A stretch of 64,000 nt of DNA from Sarea resinae (taxonomy: Eukaryota): positions 1-64,000 of the forward strand of contig JAPEUD010000066.1 in assembly GCA_026026165.1 (NCBI GenBank). Direction: 5' to 3'. Shown in pieces: positions 26,670-40,370 of the stretch. The notes under the pieces were generated by a model. That model had not been told where the DNA came from and searched no databases. It was given only the letters and a program-made list of their open reading frames with translations. Within the stretch, counting starts at the first letter, position 1, and the number at the start of each line of letters is the position of its first letter. A program made the translations under genes and the position numbers.

Positions 26670-27314
26670 TCTTTGGTTTTGCTTTTTTTCCTCCTTTCTC
26701 AATTCCTTCAACCTTTCTCCTCACCTTTGTTGGGGGTTTTTCCTTTTTTTTTTTTTCGAATCGAGGGGTTGCGGAGTATGCGTACACGTGTCAGTGAGAG
26801 GGAGGGGAAGCGGCTTGCAAACCTCAACGAGAACAGAGACACGGGACGGACAAGAGCGAGGCATTCAAACGGGCATTTTTCAATACACATGGCAGGCCAC
26901 GGCCACAGGGAAAAGGATGGTGGGGGGGCAGAGGGAAGCGAGCGCCGCGCCTGAGGAACGTGGGCCTGAATTCAGACTCACACAAAGTCGAATACGAACA
27001 AGTCACGACAGCCATCTATCCACATCTGGAGAAACGATGGTTTGATCACAAGTTCCAGGGTCCAGAATGCGGATGGAAGAAGATCTAGTGGGCATATTGG
27101 ATTGAATTGGAAAAGAAAAAGAGGACATCAGCGGCCCCATCTTTATATATAAGAATTCAAGATATTACTACTCGCCAGAAACAATGTCTGTTCGTCTGAC
27201 TCTCAGTCCAGAACAGAAGACGAGAGGCAGGGAGAGAGAGGAAGAAGAAAAAAAAAAGCTAGAATAGAATACAAGATAAGATGCACGTCTGAGACTAGCA
27301 AATCTACTCTACAT

Positions 27315-30300
27315 TTACAAAGCCCGCTCTTTCCCCTTCGCCTTCCCCTTTGCCTTCCCTTTGCCCTTTCTATCCGCGCGCTCGCTCCCACTGGCTCCCC
27401 CATCCGACGAAGACGATGACGGCGGAGCCCTCAGCGCCGGAAACTCCGTATCATCTTGCTCCACCTCCTCTGCATCGACCTCGTCAATGGCAGGGGTTTC
27501 GGTTTCACGCCGACTCCGTTCCTCAGCCAGGCTAAGCTGGAGCGCGAAATCCAGATCGTCCATCTCAGCCGGCGGCGAAGAAGAAGACGAGGAGACGGCT
27601 TTCTTGTCTCGGGAATAACGGTAGCGGATGGGGATATCTAGCGTCGTGGTTGGCGTCGCAGAAGAAGACGAGGCCGCGAAGACTGCTGGCGATGGTGATT
27701 GCAGCAGTGGTGCGCGCCCGAAATCACTCGAAGCGGAAGCGGATGGCGAAAACGAGAATTCTTGGCTTTCGACAGGCTTCGTCGAAGAGTTTTCGTCTTC
27801 GAGACTGAGTCGTATAGCCTCGGCGAGCTCGAAATCGAGGTCGTCGTGGCCGATGGGATCGTCTAGCTTCGGTGGTGTATTTGCCGTAGAAGGTGAAGTA
27901 GTGGTAGTGGATTGCCCAGGCGTAGGGGTTAATTCTCTGCTCCCATCCATACTCGTCGCCACTCCCAAACTTCGGCCACGACGGCCCTGCTGCTCGAGAA
28001 CCCCATCTAGACGCTTCTGCTCATCCTTCCTGAGAGACTCCTCGCTCAGCATAGCTGCATAGGCGAGGATCTCCTCCTCGCTAGCATCCTCACCGAGCAA
28101 ATCGACGCCGAACCTTCCAGCTAGCCTTTCCGCCTCCTGATTCCTCCTCCGCTTCTCTCGTTCGAGCTCGAATTGTTCGCTCGCGATGTAGTCTTTTAGC
28201 GCACCGCGGCCGGTACCAGAGAAACGCTCACCAACGTGATTACTTCCACGCTCGGAACGTCGGAGTCGTCGTTTCTGACTCTTATACTGGTCCGCAGCTG
28301 TAGAACTGTAGCTCCAGTAGCGAAGGTGGGTGCCGAGGGAGACCATACCGCGAAGGACAGTTGGATCGGGGTCGAGACAGATAGCACCGGCTGCGAAAAG
28401 GTTTATGCCAACGCCTTGAACTGAAGCCTCGGCCTGGACGAGGCGACGTCGAGCTCGCGAGGAAAATCGCGAATGAAGAGTGCGAATAGGCTGCATGCTG
28501 GAGGCGAGAGGGTCCCATGCTTGAACGAGTCCATCATTGCCGCCATGAACGAGGTATAGTGCCGAAAGTGCCAGGCTGGAGATTTGAGGAGAATCTGTGT
28601 GAATGATACGCTTTGGAGTAATGATGTTGACCATTTCGGCGCTGCTAGATGTTGGTGCTCGCATATCCCATATAAGAATGCTGCCGGTCTTTGTGCCGAC
28701 GGCAAGAAAGCGGCTCCTGTGACCAGGGATATCGAATGTACTGGCCGGTTGGACCTTCTGCTGCACCGGGGATGCGACAGGTGACGATGCTGTAGATAGA
28801 CCGGACATACTTAGAAGCGGATCTTCGGTCACGGTCATGGTTGCGTAGGCCGACATATCTATAGCAGCAGTAGTGATCTGCGACTTGCGCAAGTCGATCG
28901 CAAATTTAGAGGTCCGCCATTCCTCGATTGCACCTAGGGGCCCGGCAGCAGCTGAAAGATCAGGACTAACGTGTCGAGAAGGCATGCGAGGCGCTGGATC
29001 ATTTCCTTCAATCGGGTTCTGACCGCCGAAGATCGAAGAAGATCCCAGTCCCGAAGCAATAGAACCTTCGGTTGGGGTCAACCCTTCAAAGCTCTCTTCT
29101 GGCTCGCTATACTTGGTTTTGCATCGAGTATACCGCTTTATGCCTGCAACAAATCCCTCGCTGAGTCCACAGTCAATGACCACAGCAGATTCTCCAGCAC
29201 CGTGCTCATCGTCTCCTGCAAAATCAACCTCCAACTTCCTCTGCATGTCCCATTTCTCAGCAACCTTCCGGAAATGCTTTGGTTGAAAATTGAGAAACCT
29301 TTCGATCTCTTTCGTCTCTGCCACAATCTGATCCTTGCTTAAACCCATGGCGTCGCAAGACGACCTGGGCGAATAGCTTCCATCAATCTCCGAGAGGTTA
29401 TAAGGATCGATCTGTGCCACTCGTCTCGTAGGCTCAGCTAGACACCAGTACACACTTCGGCCGGTTTTCCATGCAAGCTGATCTAGTTCCAATTCAGGCA
29501 TTGGAAAAGTGCGCTCTGCCAAAGGGCGTTTGGGGAAATCAGAAAGGTAGAATACCTCTCCGAGTGCGTTCAGAGCGACTGCCCATATCCGGCCTTGAGC
29601 CCGTCGGTGTTCGGAGAAATTGTCGTCTACAGCAATAGAAATGATGGGAACACCGGGACTGAGTACCCATCGAGCTGTGATCTCGCCTCGCTCTAGTCGT
29701 TGATCCTGTAGACCGTTGGTCCCACAACTGTATGCTGCCACTATACCATAGGATGAGCCGCTCATGATGCCAATAAGACCTCCAGTCATGGTGGGAATAG
29801 TAGCAGATTTAGCAATCCAAACCGAGCACACGGCCTCCATCGACAAATCCACTTTAGGCACACCAAGATCGGGTACAGATACGGCACTTGAGGCGGCCAG
29901 GTAGCGACCCCTCATCTCCTCTACGGATCGAAAATAGACCAGGCCTCCAGGACATGCTTCCCCGTACACCATCCCGATCGGTTGGCTTATATCCATCACG
30001 TTCGGGGCACCCACCATGTCTCCAGGCCCAAGCCCCCATTGAGAATCACCAGGGTAGAGATCCGTAAATTGAGGGAACATTTGAGGATCGGCGAGGCCCC
30101 AAGTATCCACCTTTCCGAGTATGGGATCACTGCTAGAGACTGCACCAGACTCATCTGCTCCATGCATGAATCGCGGTAGCCTCTTATTTAGACTGGTGCC
30201 AAACCTAGCGTGCAAATGATTGACCGTAGTGAATAATTGAGAGTTGTAGGTCAGAATCGCACTTCGACTGGCGGTAGACACAGCCCGAGACGAAGCAGAC

Positions 30301-31080
30301 GAGCTAGAAGTCTGAGGCTCACTAGGCCTGCCCCTTGCCAGAGAGCGAAGAAGTTGCGTCCGTAGAATGTACTCGCTCCTCCAAGAAGCCAGCGCGGTAA
30401 GCCTGGTAAAGACACGTTTCTCGGACCGAAATTTGTCATCTCGATCATCAGGTGTAGGACCATCTCCCCAAATGAAATCCAGATTATCCGGACCTGGGAA
30501 GAAACGAGAGAATGCAACTCTCCATGCATGTGGTGTCGTGACCAGATTGTGAAAACGACGTGACACCAGCGCGGCATTCGACAACGAGGAAGGCGGCAAA
30601 TAAGATAGGATATGCGTTAGAACCTCTGTTCATGATTAGCAACACAGTGACAGAATAACATGAGCATTAATGGGCAGCCATACCATTGGGAAAGTTGGCG
30701 ATGGGCGAGCTCCTATCTCCCGGTTTCGCTGTCCTTCTGGTGACCTTGAACCCCGGGCCTTCATACTTTCCTACTGGAGGAGAGAGCAATCCATTCTCGT
30801 ACTCAGCAATTCGGTCAACAGAGGGGCGACCCTGTGGGGATTCAGAGCTAGCTTTCAACGCTTGCGAGTGCTCTTCCTTCGGCGGTCCAGGAGATTCGGC
30901 TTCAATGAGCGTCTCCGACCCTCCGAAGGAGGTGACCGAGTCACTCCGCCCCTCCCCGAGGGAAGGACGGGGAAGTGACTGATCATCACCGAGTCCATGC
31001 TGGGTAGAAGCTGACTCGGACGCCTGAGATGGGTTTGTGATGGGAGATCTTGGGTAGACTTCAGCAGACTCTGGTTGCAT
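27315..31080 (-). CDS. F-box / WD-like / triple-UIM protein (Pof10/Ufo1-like), F-box split by intron ~30684-30626
   Basis: FPN|EVLTHILSYLPP..LSNAALVSRRFHNL F-box, WD-like segments (GSILIWD, DGLVQAWD) and UIM-like EEILAYAAMLSEE, ELAEAIRLSLED, DLDFALQLSLAEE. Confidence 0.85.
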
Positions 31081-31436
31081 AAAAGAAACAGAAGGAGAAT
31101 CAAGGGTAAATGAGACTGAGCCAGCTGCTGTCTGGTTCAGTCGAATAGTGGGCTTGCGGTCAAATCGCTGAAAATGGGATCCTTATGGAAGGAAGAAGTG
31201 TGGGAGGGGAGCAAAGTCAGTTGGTCTGACGTCTAGATCGCGGCGACGCTGTCGCGAGGCTTATGTAAGCATAATTTGGTCACATCTACAGATCACCAAC
31301 AGTCTGCCATAGGAGATGGGTCATTCACGGAAAGATCCCCTCGATCATTGACAACGTTATTGGCCTCTGATTCATTGTCATGTACGTCTACTGAGAATGC
31401 CATTTCAGTGATCTCTCTGAATGTATGTCATCACAG

Positions 31437-34400
31437 CTAGACGGCCGTGTCTGTGCTCCTCTCGTTATCAAATCCCACCTTCTCATTCTCTCCCACCCCC
31501 ATGCCATCCCTGGCACAAGAACAAGCATATTTCTCTCCGAACTCCTTGATACTCAACCCCTTCAAGGCATCCAATGCTCGTTCACTAGCTGCGAGCTTTG
31601 CCTGCCTCCCCGAAGCAGCGTTCGCATCCGCGACAATGTTGTCATGTATTATCACCGCCGCCAGCACTTGAGGCGGCGCAGAAGAAGCTGTGGGGTCGAG
31701 AGGCGGGAGCTCCTGCGCTAGGATGCGAAAGTCTGTGCAAAAAAAGGTAAGGGTCAGGAGGTTGGTGAGGAAGGTCTAGATGATGATATGTTAGTCTAAG
31801 CTGAGTGCCATGCGGGTTAGATGGGGCGGGAAATAAAGGTTGAATGTCAAATATAGACTACTCACAGTCGGATGGGCGTTGGCAAAGGTGTCGTAGATGC
31901 TCATATCTTCGAAGAACCACCGGATGTGGGCATCAAAAAATTCCTCTACTACCCGAAAGTCGAATTCAGCATCGACAAACATCGCGCCAACATAAGACTC
32001 TACAATGTCTGGGAGACACTACACAGGCTCTTAGTGATTTATATTCTCAGACAAGAAAGAGACGGTCTAGAGCTCGAGAAAGGTGCTGGCTAATGCCAGT
32101 GGGGGTGAGGAAAGTGTATTGATGTATTTACCTTTGGCGGATTCTTTATCTGCGTCCAAAAGTCTCTTCCGCCGTTCGCCTCCCGCTCCACTTCCTGCAA
32201 CTCAGTGACATAGTCCCTAATCTGATACTCTAGACTGCTGCTATTGTATCGCAAATGTCGATGAAACTGGAGCTTCACACAGACGGCGGCAAGGAACTGA
32301 TTGCTAACCATGGCCATCTAGGGGAGTGACTGTCAGCAGACATTTTCGTGGATAGCGGGGCATGCTTAGTTGTAATTCTTGGTGTTACCTTGTGTTCGGT
32401 GAGCCACTGCGGGTCTTTGTCTGGGAAACGATAGAACAGGTAGTTGATAGACGTCATGTCTAGAAGAGCGTCCCCTAGGAACTCTAGACGCTGATAGCAT
32501 GGAATTCTCTCCCAGGCCATCGGGTACGATGGATGAACGAAGGCAGAACGGAGCAGCGTGGGAAATTTAAAACGATAGGGATTCTTTTTTTCAACATTTA
32601 TTGCCAGATCGCGCTGTGATGCTGTGGCGGCAGCTGTCTGGTAGCTTGGCTTGTTATAAGCCTTGTAGTAGTCTTCCCACTTTTGCATTGTGTGGTCGGG
32701 GCTATTGACCAACTGAGTAACAGCCCTTACCGCCATGTCAAAGCTTGGTATCTCTCTGTAGGTAACCAGCGCGGCGCCGATCATGGCTTCACAGACGTCC
32801 GCTATAGTCTTGTCGCCGAGCGCATGCTGGAACTTCTGTTCGCCGGTCTTGTTGTGACCCTTTCCCTCTAACAACTTTAGCCCTTCCGGGTACCACAGTC
32901 GCCTGCAAATGGTCAGTACGAAGCACAATAATAAGGGTGTTGAAATACCTCGAGAAGCCTTGGCTACGAATATACTCGTAAATATTGAGCTCCTTAGCAG
33001 TATTGAAAAGATTTTTGTTGCAGATTAGGAGCATTCGCTTTACGTGATACTCAAACTCGTCATTGTCGGGATTTTGAGCAAATAGAGATATCGACGTCGC
33101 CATTTTCAAAAAGCAGTCGCCTATGAACTCCAGTCTCTCGTAATTCTTTCCCATACCACGCTGGAGATGTATCTGCTCGCTACGATGCTCTTCTGTATTA
33201 TCCGAGTCCTTTGTTACGGCCTCTAGAGCGAGCCTTGGATCGACTTCGAGGCCGAGTACAGCAAAGCTCTCTAGTGCAATCAAGCAAGATTCAATCCGAC
33301 TGATGATCGCCGGCAGTACAAGGCCCATTGAAGCGACGCTGGCAGGGAGCTAACTTGACGATTAGCATTGGGAGCTCCTATAAGCCATACTATTCTAGAC
33401 TCACGGCAGAAATCTTGAGAGGCTCTGGACAGACATAACACTTTGTCGTCGACCCATGCTCTTGTGGAGTAATCTCATCCAGATAATTTCGTCGAAAGAG
33501 AACCTTGTTAGCCGCTACTACCGGCTGTTGTTTATTCCATTGAGCTTTGAGACGCGATTTCTTGAATAAGCTGACGCTGTAGTCCAGAATATTATCCATA
33601 TACTTCCCTGTTGCGGAGTTGGGTGGCACCGGATCTAACGGCTTCAAACCAGGTTCAACAGCAACAGAGAAGAAGCGTCTTCCTCCATCCCAACGGTCGA
33701 CTAGAAATCTCTTTTCAAAGAAGCTATCCGCGACACTTGAATCCCAGCTAAGTTCTTCATTCTTGTGAACCGTCAAAACAGAACTCCAATCAATCAGGTC
33801 TTGAGGCCGGCAATTGCAGTCAATCTGCTCTATCTCTGGTCGAATTGGTGCCAGCCAGTATGAAAACTTTGTCAAATCATTCTCATAAGTCTTATTGAAT
33901 ATGTCCTTGAAGAGTCGAAGCGTGAACGACGTCAGTGTCTCTAGAAGATGATCTTCCATCTGCATGCTTGCTAGGATGGGCGTACAGACTACCTCGGACC
34001 TGACGCCATGATCGATGTGGAGGGGAAAAGGAGGAACATCTGAAAGCGGTGTGCGAGTCAGCAACGCTAATGGCTGATAAGGCTTACCTAGTCCCTGTTG
34101 TGAGCTCAACTTTAAAACCATGAGAAAGAGCGCGTTCGGGACGGATCCTCTTGTTCTCTCCCAAATTTGGGGCTTGATTCGCATCGCATATGAATTGGTG
34201 TGCTTCATATTTAATGCTAAAAGGGCATTTCTCATTGCTGGGAGCTGCTTCTTATATGTCGGCAACAGGTGATTATCCAGATATTTTCCCTTTCTCAGCA
34301 AGATGCACGCTTCAAACGCAGCAGATCGTTTAGCGATTGATTTTCTGGAACAAGGTCTGCCGGTGGCGGACCGTATTGGGGAATTCGGAGGTAAAATAAC

Positions 34401-36964
34401 CTCGCAGATATATCTACTGCTCTCCCAAGACATAACATAGTCCGCCTTAGCTATGCTCTCACCATCATAAGGCTATGGACAGGTATATGTGAGCGTTGTA
34501 ACCAAAATTAGGCAACTGGTAGCTTACCAAGCAGCTAACAAAATGTGCCAAGATGGTAAGGCTCGAAGCGTATGTCAATTTGGCTCCCGTTTCTGCCACG
34601 ACGTAGGTTTGCATGCAGCGTTCACTTTCGAGGGCGCCATATATATCGCACTCATTGCCCAGGAGCAAGCGATCTGTGGGAAGTGATTCGCAAAACGATC
34701 GCATAATAGCCTGTACTGCGATGAGATTGTCCTTTTCCACGTGAACGGGATTTACTCACCTCAGCTAGCCGCACATTCTGGATTGATATGGCATGGGCTC
34801 GATTGCCCTTCTCTACCATATGAACATACTTATTCGGTCAGCAACACTCGAGATTTGAGAGAGAATCTTACTTTGGACCGGCCGTGCCTAGCACGCCCTC
34901 GCGATTGGATATACTGTATCAAGGTCCCTTGGTGTTTTCGAATCAGTCCTCATTTTCCTTCCTTGGAGCGCTTAAGGCTCTGAGACTTGGCACTTACCGT
35001 ATAAGTTAAATCTCAATAGGTCAGCATGACTTCAATTCAAAATTCATAGACCGACTTACCTGATGACGAGGTTACAATCAGGAATGTCAAGACCTTCTTC
35101 CGCTATAGAAGTCGCAAACTTGTCTGAGTTAGCCACATCCCTAATACCGCTGAACAGCGGACTACATACCAAGCAGTTGAGCTCTCCTTTTCGAAATCTC
35201 ATCAAAGTCATGATTTGCTGCCGAAAAGAAACATTAAGATCGCCGACATCCCCACTCCTTGTGCCGATGAGTATGCCTAGACGGATTTGAGCGGATCCTA
35301 TCCTTGAGACTAGCTCTCCTAGCAGCCTCGCTGTGTAGCGTTTCTGCACAAATACGATGCACTTTGTCTCGGGGGTTTTCTCAAAAATAGAGTTGAGGTA
35401 GTGACTTAGTGATTGTGCCTTAGAGCTCAAAGAATCATTATTTGCTGCCACAGAGCCAAAGTCATGAGCTTCGACGATCTTTCCGGCCATGCGAAGGCGA
35501 GATATTTGTGCATCAAGTATAGCTGCAGGTAGTGGAGGCTCAATGGCCACAAAGTCGCGCTCCATCTTCCTCTCTAACTTCCGTACTTCTTCTTCGTTCG
35601 CAAGAGTAGAGTGCCAGACCTGGTCGGCACACCACGCCCCTAGCTCTGAAGATGCCTCCTTTGAATGGCGGAAGAATTTGGATAGAATCTCGAGATCGCC
35701 AAATTGTGCCTTCATGAGCCGGTAAAGTTGTGTCTCCATATCAATAGCGGCTGGATTGTAAGCTATGATTACCTCTTCGGGATGACTCACAGCCTTGCGC
35801 AATAATGACAGATCAGATGTGGTGGCGACCTGACAGTGAAGTAAAGTCTCCAATTCCCTGCCCATGTCAGTACTGCAGTGAGACTATGTCTTTGGACCTA
35901 CTTGGCTGCCTTGACTACGTCAACTTTTGCATCCACGGGCGAAGCCGTCATGCCAAATATTTTAGGTCGCCCGTGGGCGAGAGCGTCAACATAGAAATCT
36001 TTGATGATCCTAATATTTCACTCAATTCGCTGTTAAAGTGTCGTCTGAGGGTCATCTCGACATACCTAGCATAGGGGTGATTCTTCTTGGCATGATGAGC
36101 TTCATCGAAAATCAAGAGATTGATTTGGTCCATTTTTATGAAAGAGTGCATTAAGCACTGATGGAGGACCTCAGCCGTACACACAATGACCATGTTTTCG
36201 GATAAGTGCTTCTCCCATATCTCTTGAGACCAGAGATCACAGCCCATTTCGCCGCAAAACCTCTCGATCTTCTGGTCTAAATTGCACTCTAGCACCGAGA
36301 ACTGTTGAAAAACCAAGGTCACGCAGTTTACCTTTTGGCTCAACTTAGCAGTGCTCAGTGGCTTCGAGTGATAAGGAACTTACCAGGAAGAAAGAAACAC
36401 GTCGGGGTAGGCCGCGTGCTCGGTTCTCATGCTCTTGGTCTATGATATGCTTGAGAAGCAGCACCGCAATTAAGGTCTTCCCTGAGCCTGGGTGGTCTGT
36501 TAGTTTTGGTTCTGGTTGGCAATTCTGGGACGCTACCAGTATCAAGCACCGCAATGATGTTCTGCTGTTTCGCTTTCTCGAAGAGCTCAACCTGATATTC
36601 CCTGGGATCGGAAATGATTACATTCGATTCCTTTTGAAGCACCAGACTCCTCGTCGACAATCGTTCGTCCTCGACGACCTTTATTTCCGCCCTCTCTTCC
36701 TCCTTGGTGATCGTCTCGGCTCGTTTCGAAAACCTACAGATAGCCATGTAAGGTTTTATAGTTCTCACGCCATGGATAGAGTTACCAAGACTGGAACATC
36801 GCATTCTGAGCACGCCTCTTGACCACGCCACTTGGGACATGCGGTAAGGTGTTATCATCGTCATCATCAGTATCCACCTCACTGATCCTTGGCTGCAAAT
36901 CGTCCTCGATATCTCCACGAGGAAGAACTTCATCATTAAAGAGCATAAGATCATTGGAATCCAT
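31437..36964 (-). CDS. dcl1: Dicer-like protein 1 (DExH helicase, Dicer dimerisation/PAZ region, two RNase III domains, C-terminal dsRBD/Zn), ~15 exons
   Basis: [77 protein letters not shown] and terminal CSC. Confidence 0.93.
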
Positions 36965-37736
36965 TTCACTTATGGCAGCCTGGCGTTCGGTGTGTTTGTT
37001 AGAGAACTTTAGGATAGCTTCTGGAGCCCGCGATTGCGCTAGTCTTGGAGAATTCCAAGCAATAGAGGTAAGGTAGAGGTAGGCAGGCTCTCCAATGAAG
37101 GGAGATTGGTCTGAATCCGAGGACAGAGCATGACAGAAAGAGAAAAATCAAGTCAAGGCTGAGAGCGATCATATAGGTAATACAGGTAATCAGAGAAGTT
37201 CATATTCACTGATCCTGCCAGATAGGTACCTGATAGAAAGTGAGGTACGGTAGATAGTCATTGCCATTCTAAGGCATGCATTCACTTCAGGTAGCATCTA
37301 GCAGTGAAGGGCAATCTTGCAACTGCAAGGCACGATAGTAGGCTTGGGCAAGTCAAGACAAGGCATGAGGGAGACGATGGAAGCAAACTCATCGAGTGAA
37401 TCGGCACGGGATGGCAGCCGCAGTGTTCAGTATTTGATAGGCACCTCCAGCTATACCTCACTTGTCCAGTATTTGATATTGCACATGCATATTCCACCTC
37501 CTCTCCGCGGTATCTCCAACATCTTCGGCAGCATTCAAGATGAACCAGAATCCCATTGATGTTGACAGAGTCGTTGCCGTGAATTCGCCATTTTCGCGTA
37601 AAGGAGTGAGCCTGTCGGTACGCAGGTACACAGTAAGTAGCCCGGCAGGTATACCGACGTCAGTGACCGGTCTTTACTAATAGATAACCTTCATCTTTGA
37701 TCTGCATGTCAAGGAATTCGCTGCCCAGTCTGCGCA

Positions 37737-38965
37737 ATGGCCGAAGAATCTCCACAAAGCGTCCGAACGCTGTTTGATGCCGGTGAGCGGCAGCGGAAGC
37801 AGATAGAATCGTCGTGGGACACGAACAGTCAGACGTACCAGGATAAAGTTAGGGAAGCGGTTGCGACTTATGAGGACTGCAGGAAGCTTGCCGCGGGGCT
37901 TTCACTCTTCAGCCCAAATGAGACATTGGAGGATATCTCATCTGACGCTCTCCGGTATTTCTCTTCATTGACACTATGATGAGACTGCTCTGATCATTCC
38001 CGAAGCTATCTACTCATCGACTTCTACCTCGCCGAGCTGGTACAGAAGGAAAACACCCCAAATCGGAAAGCAACCCTCAGCCGAGCTCGGGAAGCTTACG
38101 ATCGATATCTAAGCGCTCTTGAGATGTACGAAATTCTATCGCGGGAGGAGCAGCGGTTATATGAGAGGTTCCAAGAAAGCCCAGGATCCTTTTCGACAGC
38201 ATCGACGACAGATGCCGCAGCAAGAAGAGAGACGAAGATCGCTAGGTTCAAAGAGGAGAAAGAGCTGAAGAGCAAACTAGAGGTATTTACTAATCCCATG
38301 TGAGATACAGAGCTAACAATAGCAATAGTACCTCGGTCAAAATCCCATGACCCTCGCTAACGACGATGCCTCTCTTCGAGAGCTTCATTTGGCTAATATG
38401 AAGCTCTGCACACACCAAGCGTTTCAATCTCTAGAGTCAATATCCCAAGAGCTGCAAATCCTGGCACTTGCTCCTCCGAACCCAGTAGTTCGAGAGGGGA
38501 GTACAATAGAGGACAGCAGACAACGTAATGAACGGGCCCCTGGAGGCTACTCGGACAGGCTCGATGGCCCGATGTCCCAGCTTCTGGCAAATGGGAAAGC
38601 AGGGCCAATCTTAGACAAGGACGGAAAGCCTCTGAGACCCTTCACTCTTCTGGATAGTCGCCAGCGCCTGCAGCAAGGAGTCTTCCGGCCAGACCATAGT
38701 CTGCCAACTATGACGATTGATGAGTACCTTGAGGAGGAGAAACGACGAGGTGGAATCATCGAGGGTGGTGGAGAGAAGTCCGGCATGCAGCCAAAACCGA
38801 ACGAAGATGATTTCGACAAGGCTGATGAGGAGACAATGAAGGCGCGAGAATGGGACGAATATACGGAGGCCAATCCAAAGTAAATGATCTCTCTACCTTG
38901 CTAAGCTTATGAGGCTCATTACTGATTTGAACAGGGGTTCTGGCAACACTATAAACCGCGGTTAG
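37737..38965 (+). CDS. TAP42: Tap42/alpha4 PP2A-associated TOR effector, 4 exons
   Basis: LSLFSPNETLEDIS, RRETKIARFKEEKEL, GKPLRPFTL, LPTMTIDEYLEEE and KAREWDEYTEANPKGSGNTINRG*. Confidence 0.93.
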
Positions 38966-39273
38966 GCTTCTTACTACGGAGTAGACCCGTAGTAGCCGGT
39001 ATGTCCAGCCACGGCAAATTTGGTATAGCATTTTCTCAAGTCTAGGCGCTTCTGGAGACCAAATTAGAGAGCCACACATTTGCCCTTTATCAGTCTTTTA
39101 TATGAACGCCGAGCCCGCAAATCGAGGACATCAGCGATACCGTCTGGACTACTTTCAGCTTGAAGCGGAAATCTATCTCTCGTCAACTTTCCGGACCTCT
39201 GCCGAAGCGCCATGTGTTTGACAGTCATCTTCTAAGCTTTGCGTCTGATTCATCAATCAGCTGAGCCCGTCAG

Positions 39274-40370
39274 TCATCTGTAAATGTTGCTGGAAACTTT
39301 CCCTACCTGCAACGGCAACGCCTCTTTTTGTAGCTCTGGCCACTTTTCAGTGATCAGTGCAAGAAGCTCTCTGGACAGCACCTTGTAACCCTGAATCATT
39401 AGTCAGCGAAGCCGAAAGGCTTGTTTTATTCACTTACGAGAGGGCCTAGGTGCAATCCATCCACGAGCACGGCTCGCCCAAAAGACGTTGCGCCAGGGAG
39501 GCCGCTTCCCGGTAATATCTCGTCGTCAATCTCCGATGGACCTGATTCTGACCGCTTGCCATTTTCGTGGCCAAAATTGACTAAGGCTGTCCAGAAGTCG
39601 AGTCCGGCTACCAAGTCGGTTTGCTCCTGGTACGATTTGGCAATGCCCATGACCTTTTCTGCATAGAGTTTCTTGCTCATGTACGTTTGATACCCGCGCC
39701 CTGTTTTCACCGAGCGAATTAGAGATTCTTGTACGGACGGATTGTCTGCGGTTTCGGAGCGAAAGGGGTGAACCTCGATTGGTGGAGGGGTAATCAGGAT
39801 CACTTTGGTACCCTTAGTCATTGGATGTGATAGTATCGTGTCTACATAGTAGCGCAAATTTGCTTCAAACTCGGGGAGCGGGACATGGGCACTTGTCGGA
39901 GGCAAGCATGCATCATTGGCTCCTAGGAAGACGGTGATAAAAAGCGGTGGGCATGAATTCATCGACTCCAGTGTCCCGATGATGCCCATAAAGAAATTCC
40001 GCAACCAGGTGCTGTTGTATCTAAATTGACCTAAATGTCAGTCTGAGATATTTTTTCCGCGGTGGGTCCTTTGAAAGAGTAAGGTAATTTTTTCTAGGAG
40101 AGGTAAGAGGCATACCCGGAAACCCCTGGAGGATCGAATACGTATTAGCAGCCCGGTCCAGAGTGAAAGAAATGATATCAGTTTTCTGTCGACTGTGGAG
40201 GAGAACGTGCCTTCGTTCCATACGTCGGCCCATCCCGCATAATAAGCTGTCAGAACTTTGCCGAATCCATTGTTGACACTCTCGAAGGAACGCTCGGTCA
40301 GCGAATCTCCAAACAAGATGATCTTAGGGTAGCCAGGCGGCCCCGAGATTGCCGACTCCCCGTCGCTCAT
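39274..40370 (-). CDS. Iah1-like SGNH/GDSL esterase (3' end uncertain)
   Basis: IILFGDSLT (block I), NEGVSGYNST (block II, rebuilt through a microexon), FLGANDA (block III) and DGLH (block V). Confidence 0.85.

Noticed and set aside
26667..26700. Stop-codon readthrough to a cryptic PTS1 in RKI1 or other genes
   Set aside because: No TGA-CTA readthrough context and no SKL-like end downstream of the stops I checked.
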